Positions 47,408 through 56,536 of a stretch of 64,000 nt of DNA are shown here, piece after piece. This DNA is from a virus. Under the pieces are notes generated by a model. The model made no database searches. It was given only the letters and a program-made list of their open reading frames with translations, and had not been told where the DNA came from. The DNA is taken from positions 1 to 64,000 of the IMG/VR virus record IMGVR_UViG_3300033148_005363; one strand, given 5' to 3'. The translations under genes and the position numbers were made by a program. Positions within the stretch are counted from its first letter, which is position 1, and the number at the start of each line of letters is the position of its first letter.

Positions 47408-48060
47408 TTCGAACCGCCCTGGCCGCCCTTCTTCCGGGGCTGCCGCTTCTTGGGCGCCTTCTTCGCCGGGGCCTTCTTCTTCGCCGGGGCAGGCTTGGGC
47501 GCGGGCTTCGGACCGGACGAGAACGATGTCCTGAGAACAGGGACAGGATCGGAGGCAGACAGCGGATCGACCACGGGGGCCGCGTCCGCCTTCTCGCTCT
47601 CCGCACCGTCCGGCTCGTCCCCGCCGTCACCGTCCAGGCGCTCAGCCAGCCGCGCGTTCTGCCGGCGCTCCTCGCGCAATTCGGTGCCCTGCGCCTCGAC
47701 CTGAGCCCGCAGTTTCCGAAGTTCATCCATGACCACGGGATCGCCGCCCATCAGTTCTGACGGGTGCTGAATCTCCATATCGGTAGCGCCGACCACGGGA
47801 AACGCGTCCTCGTTCTTCCGCCGCTGCTCCACCTCCCACTGCCGCGCCTGGGATTCGGACATCACCAGGAACGCAAGCGGGCTGGACGGGTCTTCGGGGC
47901 TGGACCGAACCTTGCGCAGCTCAGCCGCCAACTCCGGGGCGACCGAACGCCAGTTCCCATCGTTGAGGAATATGGTCCCGCGGTAGTTGAGCCGCCGCAG
48001 CATGTGCCGAGTTGCCCGATTGTACGGGACCATCTTGACCAGGATTTTCTCGCTCATCAT
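47404..48060 (-). CDS. Hypothetical protein with Lys/Pro/Ala-rich tail
   Basis: PAPAKKKAPAKKAPKKRQPRKK. Confidence 0.6.
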   Translation of the reverse strand: MMSEKILVKMVPYNRATRHMLRRLNYRGTIFLNDGNWRSVAPELAAELRKVRSSPEDPSSPLAFLVMSESQARQWEVEQRRKNEDAFPVVGATDMEIQHPSELMGGDPVVMDELRKLRAQVEAQGTELREERRQNARLAERLDGDGGDEPDGAESEKADAAPVVDPLSASDPVPVLRTSFSSGPKPAPKPAPAKKKAPAKKAPKKRQPRKKGGQGGSK

Positions 48061-48083
48061 CGTCTCCTCTACCTGTGAGCGCG

Positions 48084-48101
48084 CCCCCGGTTGCCCGGGG
48101 G
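48084..48101 (-). terminator. GC hairpin with GNRA loop (terminator or mRNA stabiliser; no U-tract)
   Basis: CCCCCGG-GCAA-CCGGGGG on the minus strand after the capsid-adjacent gene. Confidence 0.4.
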
Positions 48102-48122
48102 AACGCTGGTTCGATCAGCCTA

Positions 48123-49793
48123 TCAGGCGCTGCCGATCTCGTGGTTGTGGTCCGCCTCACCGGTGATAACGTGCGTGTGCGCGCTCTCCGCGTCGGTGGT
48201 CGCAGGCAGGCCGTGCGTGTGCGTGGACTCCGCGTCGGCGGTGACGCCCGTAGCACCAGCCGCGATTGCATGGGTGTGCGTGGATTCGGCCGCGTTGGTG
48301 CCCGCAGCCACCATCCCGTACTGCGCCCGCTCGTCGTCGGTCGCGCTGTACTTGTCGCCAGCATCGCCAGCGCCGGTGAAGTCCGCGTTGAGGCGGTTGG
48401 TGTCCGCCACCGCACCGTCGTCGAAACTCACAGCGATCCCGCTGGGGGCGGCCTCATGAACAATCTTCACCAGCAGACCAGTGGTGGTCGGGATGTAGAT
48501 GTCCTTGCCGTCCCGGGTGTTGTTGCACCGGAACCGCTCACCGTCGGCCAGGTCCTTGTCGAAATTCACAGCGAAACCAGCAGGCACACCCTGATGATCG
48601 ACTTCGATCAGGCTGCCGTCAGCCAGCTCGTAGTCCATGGGGGTACCGGCAACAGCGTTGTTGGCGTTCATGACCCCGAACATGCCCATTACGCTCACAA
48701 CGTGCAACGCGTTGCCTGCCACCACACCGGCGTTGTCCTCCACTTTCGCGTTCGTGGTCGGCAGAGCCGTACCGGTGAACGCGTGGTTGTGGGCCGCGCC
48801 TGCGGCAGTCGCCGCGCCGTGATCGTGGTTCGGATCCGTCACCGCGTGGGTGTGCGCCGCACCAGCGTCGGACGGCCCCGTGATCGGGTGGCTGTGTGCT
48901 CCACCCGCCCCGGTTGCCGCGCCGTGATCATGCGCGCCTGCGTCCTTGGCCTGAGCCAGTGCCCACGCCGCGCCGGTATAGACGTAGATCCGATCCTCGT
49001 CCGCCACCCACACGGTCAGCCCCTCGGTGGAGACGACCTCGATCCAGGCCGAGCCGTCGTAGACGTAGCAATTGCCGTCCGTCCAGCCGTTCGCCGTCGC
49101 CGTAGCGATGTAGGCATCCCAGTCCGCGGGGCCGGCCGGAGTTGCCGCAGTGGGATCGAACCGATCCAGGACCCCTTCCAACGCCAGGATGGTCAGGGCC
49201 GCGTGCTGCGCCTCCGTCAGGTGGTAGTACTCACCAGCGGTACCGCCCTGGAGCGACGCCAGGATCCCATGCACCAGGCCCTTCTCCAAGTAGTCCCAGG
49301 CCGCACCGTCGAAGGTGTACCAGCGATCCTCGTCCTCCACCCGCATGGCCGCACCCTCGTCGGGGACAAACTCATCCCACGCGCCGGTGCTGTTGCAGGT
49401 GTAGATGTAGTTCTCGGTCCAGGTGTTGGCCGTCGCCGTCGCCAGGTACCGGTCTCCCTCGGTGGGAGTCACCGGCAGGTTGGGGGTCGGATCATACCGA
49501 TCCAGGACGCTTTCCTGGGGATCCTTGTCCCCCATCAGCCCGGATTCCAGACTGCCACGATCCACGCCCAGCACCACGAGCTGCGTGGCGCCCGTCGCCG
49601 TGACGAACGTCAGGTATGTGGTCTTCAGCGCGTTGAGGTACAGGGTTATGTCCCCCGTCACCGCATCGACGTCGACCGTCAGATTCTGCCGGGCGATGGA
49701 CGCTCGCAGGGCCGCCACAGCATCGGGCGCATGGCGCACCGACAGATGGGTCCCGGGGACGCCTCGCTCGGGAAGGTTGGTCAAGTTAGCCAT
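48123..49793 (-). CDS. Head decoration/fibre-like protein with duplicated DUF2793-like modules and HxH repeats
   Basis: Two VLDR(Y/F)DPT..ATATAN.WT..EDR....GAAW modules; many HTH/HDH/HNH tripeptides; directly after the capsid gene. Confidence 0.6.
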   Translation of the reverse strand: MANLTNLPERGVPGTHLSVRHAPDAVAALRASIARQNLTVDVDAVTGDITLYLNALKTTYLTFVTATGATQLVVLGVDRGSLESGLMGDKDPQESVLDRYDPTPNLPVTPTEGDRYLATATANTWTENYIYTCNSTGAWDEFVPDEGAAMRVEDEDRWYTFDGAAWDYLEKGLVHGILASLQGGTAGEYYHLTEAQHAALTILALEGVLDRFDPTAATPAGPADWDAYIATATANGWTDGNCYVYDGSAWIEVVSTEGLTVWVADEDRIYVYTGAAWALAQAKDAGAHDHGAATGAGGAHSHPITGPSDAGAAHTHAVTDPNHDHGAATAAGAAHNHAFTGTALPTTNAKVEDNAGVVAGNALHVVSVMGMFGVMNANNAVAGTPMDYELADGSLIEVDHQGVPAGFAVNFDKDLADGERFRCNNTRDGKDIYIPTTTGLLVKIVHEAAPSGIAVSFDDGAVADTNRLNADFTGAGDAGDKYSATDDERAQYGMVAAGTNAAESTHTHAIAAGATGVTADAESTHTHGLPATTDAESAHTHVITGEADHNHEIGSA

Positions 49794-49837
49794 TGGTCTC
49801 TCCTTCCTCCATGGGGATTTCTACGCAGCCCAAGGGC

Positions 49838-50773
49838 TTACGCGTAGGTGATCCCGGTCCCCTTCACGATCCCTTCCTCTTCGCCGAACGTGCAATCCGC
49901 ACGCACGGAGATCAGGATGTAGACCACGCCGTCCCGCTTGGACACCTCGTGCTCCACGTCGATCTTCCGCTGGAAGCCGACGATGAAGTTCTTGCCCGCA
50001 CCCATCAGCGCCGTGGAATCGGCGCCGGTGCCCTGGGTGTCAGGCATGACCGGCACGCCCACGACAGGCATACCCTGCCAGCGCGGGGTCATCCCCTCGA
50101 TCGCTGCCCGGTCACCCGCGGGGGTGCCGCGCTCACCGATCTGGTCCGCGTACTCGGACTCGGCATCGGAGCCCGTGTAGCAGGTCATCGTCTTCTTGCC
50201 GCGACGCTGGGCCTTGGGCATGGTTGCCCACATGGCCTTGAAGACATCCTTGGAAACGATGTCCCCGCCCGCGGCGTAGACATTCGAGGTCGCCTTCTTG
50301 ATCCAGCCGTTGAGGACGGCCAGGAAGGTGTCCACAGACGCGTCGTCCCCGTTGAGGAAGAGCTCGTCGAGGTCCAGCCCCGCGCGCTCCACCATCAGGG
50401 AGGTGATGAGGGCCTGGAACTTCTTGCCCTCGATGTTGTCCTCGAAGACCTCACGGGGGATGTCGCACTCCCCCTTCAGGAGCTTCGCGGTCAGGGTGTC
50501 CCGACCGAGATCCGGCTTGACCCGGCTGCCCGAACCCACGGCCGCCCCGGAGGTACCCGCAGCCAGCACGCGGGAGCTGGTGAAGCCCACGTTCTCGACC
50601 CGGCGCTCGTTGCTCTTCATCGTGAGCACTCGGGCCCGCGGGAGGATGGTTGACGAAGCGATCAGCTTCTTGAGGAATTGCTTGGCCTGCTCGGGGACCA
50701 ACACACCACCATCGGTGGTCAGGTCAGCGAGGGCCATGTCGGCTTTCTGAACCCAGGTGCGCGCGTCTTTCAT
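49838..50773 (-). CDS. Major capsid protein (HK97 fold)
   Basis: GGVLVPEQAKQF, EDNIEG, DLDELFLNGD, NGWIK. Confidence 0.9.
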   Translation of the reverse strand: MKDARTWVQKADMALADLTTDGGVLVPEQAKQFLKKLIASSTILPRARVLTMKSNERRVENVGFTSSRVLAAGTSGAAVGSGSRVKPDLGRDTLTAKLLKGECDIPREVFEDNIEGKKFQALITSLMVERAGLDLDELFLNGDDASVDTFLAVLNGWIKKATSNVYAAGGDIVSKDVFKAMWATMPKAQRRGKKTMTCYTGSDAESEYADQIGERGTPAGDRAAIEGMTPRWQGMPVVGVPVMPDTQGTGADSTALMGAGKNFIVGFQRKIDVEHEVSKRDGVVYILISVRADCTFGEEEGIVKGTGITYA

Positions 50774-50846
50774 CGGTCTCTCCTAGAGATTGAAGTTGTC
50801 ATCTGCGCCTACCCGATCCCCCCTGACTACATCAGCCCACCGAGGC

Positions 50847-51725
50847 TCAACTGCCCGAAGCAGCCCCACCCCCCTCTTCATCGCTGGCCAGATCAGCCGG
50901 CCAATCCGTATCCCCGTCTCCGTTTTCGTCCTTTCGGACATGGGAGGCATTGAATCCGTCATCTGGATCCAGCGCTCCCGGGCTGAAGACTCGCGCCTTC
51001 AGAGCACGCACCTGGCGATTTGCGTCTGCAACTTGACCCGCCAGTCGGTCGCTGCGGCCCTCCAGAGCCTTGCAGACTGTCTGGTAACCCTCGACGAGGC
51101 CCGTGGCCTTCGTGAGGTCGTCACGGAGATCGGCGCCCTGCACTGCCTTGCTCAACAGGCCTTGCAGAACCGCACGGAGTTCACTCATGTCCTTCTTCTC
51201 GTCGGTGCCCGCAGGGGCCGCTGCCTTGCCGTGGATCAGCCCGGGGTGCTCACCCTTGTGGATATCCAGCACGATCCCGAAGGCCTTCCCGATGGTGGCC
51301 AGGCTCTCGCTCACCTCAGTCGGGAACACCACGTCGTCGGGGAAAAGCCCCGCGTCCTTCTGGACCTTCCCGAGTGCGTCGTCGAACTTCACGAAGAACT
51401 CACCGATATGCTTCAGCATCATCTGCAAATTCTCGGCCACGACGGGATGGCACTTCATCGTCGAGAGGTCAGGGACCACCAGATCCGACAGCCCCCAGAG
51501 CGGCATGAGGGGCATCCGCTCCCAGCCGCCCTTCTCCACATCCACGCCCTTGGCCAGGGCGCTGGAATAGGCCACGCTCTTCTCGACCATGTCCACCACG
51601 TCATCGCCCGGGAGATCGGACTTGATGACCACGAACTTCTCGCCGTTCGCTGCCCGCCCAACGATGGAGACCTCTTCGATGTCCATGTCGGTCAGTCGCG
51701 TCCGTTTGACTACACTTCGCAGCAT
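50847..51725 (-). CDS. Scaffold-like protein with an N-terminal protease-derived EVS..AN segment
   Basis: RLTDMDIEEVSIVGRAANGEKF; coiled coil; C-terminal WPADL; upstream of the capsid gene. Confidence 0.6.
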   Translation of the reverse strand: MLRSVVKRTRLTDMDIEEVSIVGRAANGEKFVVIKSDLPGDDVVDMVEKSVAYSSALAKGVDVEKGGWERMPLMPLWGLSDLVVPDLSTMKCHPVVAENLQMMLKHIGEFFVKFDDALGKVQKDAGLFPDDVVFPTEVSESLATIGKAFGIVLDIHKGEHPGLIHGKAAAPAGTDEKKDMSELRAVLQGLLSKAVQGADLRDDLTKATGLVEGYQTVCKALEGRSDRLAGQVADANRQVRALKARVFSPGALDPDDGFNASHVRKDENGDGDTDWPADLASDEEGGGAASGS

Positions 51726-51729
51726 CGTC

Positions 51730-53910
51730 TCACCCCTCCGGCGTCCGGTTGGCCCGCCCACCGATTGAGAACCCTGTCAATTTACCGACCTGCACATCGG
51801 CCCACATCTTGTCGTCGAGGATCTTCCAGCCCTGGAGCCAGTCACCCTTCTTGATCGCCTCGGCCTTGCCGTCCGCTGTCTCTGACCCCGGGATCTCAAA
51901 GTCTGCCAGCGCCTGGAAATTCTCGATCAGGACGACGCGGTTCCCCGCCGCCTCGCGGTGCAGGAACCCTTCCTTGTGGCCCTTCTCCATCCAAGAGAAC
52001 ATCGCCTCTCGGACCGCTGCCTCGTCGTAGATATCGCCCTGCTTGTCCTCGACATTCGCCCGCAGAACGAAGCCCAGGACATACCGCTCCTCTTTGGATG
52101 GATCGGCCTTGAGGAGGGTGACGTCCCACGCCTTGGTGGTATCGCCCGGTGCATCCTTCCCCGTCATGGCCGCGCCGCACTTGGGGCACTTCGTTTCGTT
52201 GCATGGCGCGCCGCGATCATGGGGCGTTTCATGCCCGCACGCTGGGCATACACAGCGATCAGCGCCCCCGGTGCCTTCGGGAAGGCCGCCCTGACCCAGC
52301 CCCTTCTCCATCCGTCCCCGGAGGGCCTCGGGGAGCAGGAGATCCAGCGCGTCCTTCTCGTCGAAGGCGGGCTTGATCCCGAGCTTCAACTCTGCCTCGA
52401 CAATCCGGGTGTGTACGGTCTTGCGGTCGCCGTCGTTCGGGTACCCATCTGCGAACTGCTTGAACCGCACCCGCGCGTTGCGGGCTCGCTCCACCGTGTC
52501 GCAAGGGTACATAAGGTTCACGGGATCCCCGTAGTCCTCAAGGGTGGTCGACCACTTGGGCGGGAACGTCAGGCGTTCGCCCTGACCGTCGAGCGCGGTG
52601 ATCCCCCACTTCTTCGACCGGAGGGCCTGGGACTCCCGCTTCTCTTCGGTGGTCATCCCCGCCGCGGGCTCAAGAGCCACGGCCTTCTCAATGTGCTCAG
52701 CCAGGGACTTCACCGCCGCGGCGTCCATGCCCAGCAGTTCAGCCAGACCGACAATGCCCTTCTGGACCCCGGCGAGCTCTTCGTCCGGCACCTGCCCCTT
52801 CAGGACCTGATGCGCCGCCAACGCGGACTGCAAGATCACTTCCAGCGACACAGCGTCGTCGGACACCTCGGAGGGCTGGAGCCTGCCGATCCCCGTGTTC
52901 AGATCCTTCAGGACACGGAGGAGGTCGCCGACCATCGGGACCCCGGAGGCCAGCACTTCGGCCTGCGCCTCGGTGATCTGGACCCGCTGATCCTTCCGCA
53001 TCATGGACACGGTCTTCGCATCGAAGTTGGTGATAACCAGCATGGTCCCGGTCTTCGAGTGAGCGCCAGTCTTCGCCCACGGGACCGGCACCTTGTGGGA
53101 CTTCACGTTCAGCCCCTTCCAGATCCCGGGATCTCCCTTCTCTCCACACGTCACCAGCACGCGGCTCTTCAAGCCCTTGACCACGTCGGCGTGCTTCGCC
53201 TCATCCCATTTCTCCTCACCCACGAACTGCCGGAACCCGTGATAGGGAGGATCGTGGAACTGGAAGGTATCCGGCCCGTCGAACTCCTTGCAGACCTTCT
53301 CGAAATCCTCGTTGCGAATCACCACGCCAGCCAGGCGCTCCCGGGCCACTGCCATCCGCTTCACGGACATCGGAACACTGGTACGCGCAGATCCGATCCG
53401 CTCCATCGCAGGCGACGGGGTGCGACCGATCCCCATGAACGAGGCCAGTTTCAGAAGCAGGAACTTGTGGAACCGCGCTACGTCACCCTTCGGAGACGAG
53501 TCACGCAGCTTCTGGAAATCCGCTACGGTGTCCAACCACCACTGCATCCCCTCAAGTTTCTTGATCTGCGCATCGGTGACCTTCTGGACGAACCCGAACG
53601 CGAAGGCGATCTCCGCGTCCAGGTCGTTCAGGACTTCCTTCTCCGCCGGTTCCTTGGCGAAGAACATCGCCCCGCTGCCAGCGAAGGGCTCGACGTAGGT
53701 CTTGTGCTCGGGGAACATCTTCAGCAGTGGCTTAGCGATCGCGCTCTTGCCCGCGGGGGACTGCCACATCACGGCCATTTTCTGGACGTGTTCCAGCCCG
53801 AACATCTGAACCAGAGCGCGCTCGTCCTCAAGGAAATCCTTGCACAGGAATTCCACCAAGCCGCCGCTGCCAGTGTAGTCGAACTGTGGATCCATCGGAG
53901 GAGCCTCCAT
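51730..53910 (-). CDS. Fusion: Dam-like (D12) adenine methyltransferase + Zn ribbon + XkdF-like prohead protease
   Basis: YVEPFAGSG, LND, DPPY; CVCPACG..CPKCG; EERYVLG..DKQGD..H..LTGFSIGG. Confidence 0.8.
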   Translation of the reverse strand: MEAPPMDPQFDYTGSGGLVEFLCKDFLEDERALVQMFGLEHVQKMAVMWQSPAGKSAIAKPLLKMFPEHKTYVEPFAGSGAMFFAKEPAEKEVLNDLDAEIAFAFGFVQKVTDAQIKKLEGMQWWLDTVADFQKLRDSSPKGDVARFHKFLLLKLASFMGIGRTPSPAMERIGSARTSVPMSVKRMAVARERLAGVVIRNEDFEKVCKEFDGPDTFQFHDPPYHGFRQFVGEEKWDEAKHADVVKGLKSRVLVTCGEKGDPGIWKGLNVKSHKVPVPWAKTGAHSKTGTMLVITNFDAKTVSMMRKDQRVQITEAQAEVLASGVPMVGDLLRVLKDLNTGIGRLQPSEVSDDAVSLEVILQSALAAHQVLKGQVPDEELAGVQKGIVGLAELLGMDAAAVKSLAEHIEKAVALEPAAGMTTEEKRESQALRSKKWGITALDGQGERLTFPPKWSTTLEDYGDPVNLMYPCDTVERARNARVRFKQFADGYPNDGDRKTVHTRIVEAELKLGIKPAFDEKDALDLLLPEALRGRMEKGLGQGGLPEGTGGADRCVCPACGHETPHDRGAPCNETKCPKCGAAMTGKDAPGDTTKAWDVTLLKADPSKEERYVLGFVLRANVEDKQGDIYDEAAVREAMFSWMEKGHKEGFLHREAAGNRVVLIENFQALADFEIPGSETADGKAEAIKKGDWLQGWKILDDKMWADVQVGKLTGFSIGGRANRTPEG

Positions 53911-53956
53911 GCGGGCTAGAGCAATCGATCAACCAAGGAAGCCAGGGAGGAGGCCG

Positions 53957-54667
53957 CTAGTCGTCGTCGCCAGCCTCGGCCATGTCGTAGTCCCACGCCT
54001 CGTCGCCGCCGCCGCCGAAACCCTTGGTGATGGCCTCGAGGTCCTCGCCCGCCTTCTTCAGGCCCGCGTCGTCCTTGCCCTTGTCGGTGCCGTTGAGCTG
54101 ACCGAGCCGTTCCTGGAGCTTCGCCTTCTCGTCGTCGGTCAGGGTCTTGCCCTTGGCCTTGGCCTTCTCGAGGTCAGCCTGGAAGTCGGAGACGGCCTTC
54201 TCGAAGCCCTTCTTCTCGTCGCCGCCAGCGGCAGCGATCTTCGCGCCGCACTCAGGACAGGCACCGTTCTTGAGCATGTCGGTCGTGCCCTTCCAGCCGC
54301 AAGCCTTGCACGCCGCGTCTTCCTTGGCGAGCCCTGCCTGCATGGCCTTGAGGATCTTGGCCGCCTTCTCCAGGTTGTCGTTGCCCGCGCCGTCGCCGTC
54401 GGACTTCGCCACCTTGAAGGTGATCGAGTCCGTCTCTGCCTTGCCGTCCTCGATGGCCTTCAGGATCGCCTCGATCTTCGGGGCCATCTCCTTGGCGACC
54501 GTCTGGACCTTCGCAGCGTCGCCACCCGTGGCTGCCACCGCGGTGGTGACCTCTTCGATGGCCTTGCCCAGGGTCGTCTTGGTCTCGTCGCCCGCACCGC
54601 CGCCGCTGGCCGCCATGCCGAGCAGTTTCTTGAGCAGGTCCGCGCTCGTCTTCAGTTCGTCGCTCAT
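53957..54667 (-). CDS. Ala/Lys/Gly-rich head-module protein with Zn ribbon
   Basis: CKAC..CPEC; C-terminal WDYDMA; GGAGG RBS. Confidence 0.55.
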   Translation of the reverse strand: MSDELKTSADLLKKLLGMAASGGGAGDETKTTLGKAIEEVTTAVAATGGDAAKVQTVAKEMAPKIEAILKAIEDGKAETDSITFKVAKSDGDGAGNDNLEKAAKILKAMQAGLAKEDAACKACGWKGTTDMLKNGACPECGAKIAAAGGDEKKGFEKAVSDFQADLEKAKAKGKTLTDDEKAKLQERLGQLNGTDKGKDDAGLKKAGEDLEAITKGFGGGGDEAWDYDMAEAGDDD

Positions 54668-54689
54668 AGTTCCTCCACGGCTTCCAGCC

Positions 54690-55061
54690 TCACAAAGGTC
54701 TTCCGTCCGCGCCGACAACAACGTCGTGCCGCGGTCTCAAAACAACAGGAGCATACGCCTTACGACGCAGATCCGGTTCCCACTCGTTCCCATCGATCGA
54801 CAGCAACAGCCAATGCAACAGGTGGTCAGCGATTCGGTACGGACTCATTTTGCAGTCGAACCGAGCCACCTTCACCATCTCCTTGACTACCCCGAACCGA
54901 TGATTCAACTCCGCCCTGGTCATCGCCGCAGCCATCGGACGCTCAGCAAAACTGGTGAGGATCGCCTCCTCCACTGCGCGGTCAAGATACCTCTTGGCCT
55001 TCGCAGATTCAGCGACCTCGTCGTTGCCTATGAGCGTCAGTGAGGGGACGGTTCGTTGCAT
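54690..55061 (-). CDS. Hypothetical protein
   Basis: ORF after a putative promoter, GAGG RBS. Confidence 0.55.
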   Translation of the reverse strand: MQRTVPSLTLIGNDEVAESAKAKRYLDRAVEEAILTSFAERPMAAAMTRAELNHRFGVVKEMVKVARFDCKMSPYRIADHLLHWLLLSIDGNEWEPDLRRKAYAPVVLRPRHDVVVGADGRPL

Positions 55062-55078
55062 GCTTGACCTCGCTCCCT

Positions 55079-55119
55079 ATTCTCAGGAACGAAACGCTAC
55101 GTTGTCAAGACCCAATTTC
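55079..55119 (-). promoter_or_regulatory. Putative late promoter for the head operon
   Basis: GAAATTGGGTC-TTGACA-N18-GAGAAT on the minus strand; upstream motif shared with 43578-43591. Confidence 0.5.
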
Positions 55120-55144
55120 AGAAGTCGCGATACGATAAATATTA

Positions 55145-56536
55145 TCAGATCTCCGGCACCGTCGTCGTACGACAATATCCGTGGTACGGCGGGGGACCGA
55201 TGCCCTGTCCCTGCAGCGCCTTGTCGGAGAGCAAAAACTTGAACGCCCCGTCCTTTCCCCTGGTGGCGATGGGTGTCACCTTCCCGCTGGGTGGCTTGAG
55301 GAACATCTCCCCGCCGCTCAGCCTGATCCACGGTGCCGCCTGCTTGATCTCCCGGGGGTCGGACATACCAGCCCGGTCCCCGAAAGCCTTCATCGCCGTC
55401 CCGACCTCGAAGACCTTCCCGTGCAGCCCCACGCAGATAGGCGTCGTCGCCTCGTCCAGTACCGCCTCGATCCGGTACCGCTGGATCCCCGCCTCCGAGT
55501 ACCCGGCGATCTGCGCGTAGCTTCTGGCGTCCTGTACCCAAGCCTGCGCGCAGAGTTCCGCGTAGGCCCGATTCCGCCCGAAGGTTTCGTCCGACAGCCA
55601 CGTCCCCTCCAGTCGCCGCGCTATCTCCTTCGCGCCCAAACCGTCGGCAACCGCGGACTCCACCACCCGCATCCCATCGCGGGTCAACCGATCCCGCAGG
55701 TTCCCCCGCCTGTCGGTGAGGTAGTGCCCTGTCCGTCCCTTGATCCCGTCCACGATCCGCTGATCCATGTGGTTCAGCGAGGTCCGCAGCCGAATACTCA
55801 GCGCCGTCCCCACGCTCTTCGTGGTCCCGCTCACCACGGAGGTAGACGTAGTCGCCACCACGGCACCCACTGCCACCGCTGCCCGGCGATGCGTCGCCTG
55901 TACCCCCACCGCAGCCACAGCAGCGCTGATAACCTTCTCCCTGTCAGCAACGCTCAGCCCCGTCCAGTCGACGCCCTCAAGCCCCTTCAGCGACAGCCTA
56001 ATCGCTGCCCGCTCCTCGCGCTCCGGCAGATCGCCGATGTCCTTCGTCAGTTGCCGCACGATCTTCGCGAAGTCTCCCGTCTTGTTGGGATCCAGCGCCT
56101 TCTTCGCCTTCTCCACCTCCACCGGGACACCGAAGGCCCCCAGTATCTCGTCAGCGGCCGCGATGCCCGCCTCAATGAGGTCCGCCTCCCAGCACGGGAC
56201 CATTCGGCCCACCGTCTCGCCCACGGCCCCCAGCGAGCTGCTCGCCCGCACCCGCACCAAGTCAACAGGGTTCAGGGTCCTGCGCACGATGCGCTCCGCC
56301 GCCACCTTCGCCCCGCTCTGCACCACGTGAACGACCGGCCCCTCAAGGGCGTGCTCCACCAACACGAACCGCCGTCCCTGGGTGACGACCCGCTCCCCGC
56401 CCAAGAGGAGGATGCCCTCCCCCGCGGTGGCGAGTTTCCGCACCCCAGCCGCTCCCCAGATCCAATGCCCTGCGCCCTTCGTGATCATGGTCGTTCGATC
56501 CCGCGGCCGGACCTCAATGCTGATACCGTCGATCAC
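55145..56536 (-). CDS. MuF/SPP1 gp7-like head morphogenesis protein
   Basis: AVLDEATTPIC..LHG, PPYHGYCRT. Confidence 0.85.
   Translation of the reverse strand: MIDGISIEVRPRDRTTMITKGAGHWIWGAAGVRKLATAGEGILLLGGERVVTQGRRFVLVEHALEGPVVHVVQSGAKVAAERIVRRTLNPVDLVRVRASSSLGAVGETVGRMVPCWEADLIEAGIAAADEILGAFGVPVEVEKAKKALDPNKTGDFAKIVRQLTKDIGDLPEREERAAIRLSLKGLEGVDWTGLSVADREKVISAAVAAVGVQATHRRAAVAVGAVVATTSTSVVSGTTKSVGTALSIRLRTSLNHMDQRIVDGIKGRTGHYLTDRRGNLRDRLTRDGMRVVESAVADGLGAKEIARRLEGTWLSDETFGRNRAYAELCAQAWVQDARSYAQIAGYSEAGIQRYRIEAVLDEATTPICVGLHGKVFEVGTAMKAFGDRAGMSDPREIKQAAPWIRLSGGEMFLKPPSGKVTPIATRGKDGAFKFLLSDKALQGQGIGPPPYHGYCRTTTVPEI

Noticed and set aside
51775-51780. Internal TTGACA promoter before the scaffold gene (also one on + at 21182)
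   Set aside because: No plausible -10 box at 16-18 nt spacing
48075-53919. Long + strand ORFs (48075-49847, 51958-53919 and many similar across the window)
   Set aside because: Antisense shadows of well-supported minus-strand genes in high-GC DNA; no recognisable motifs
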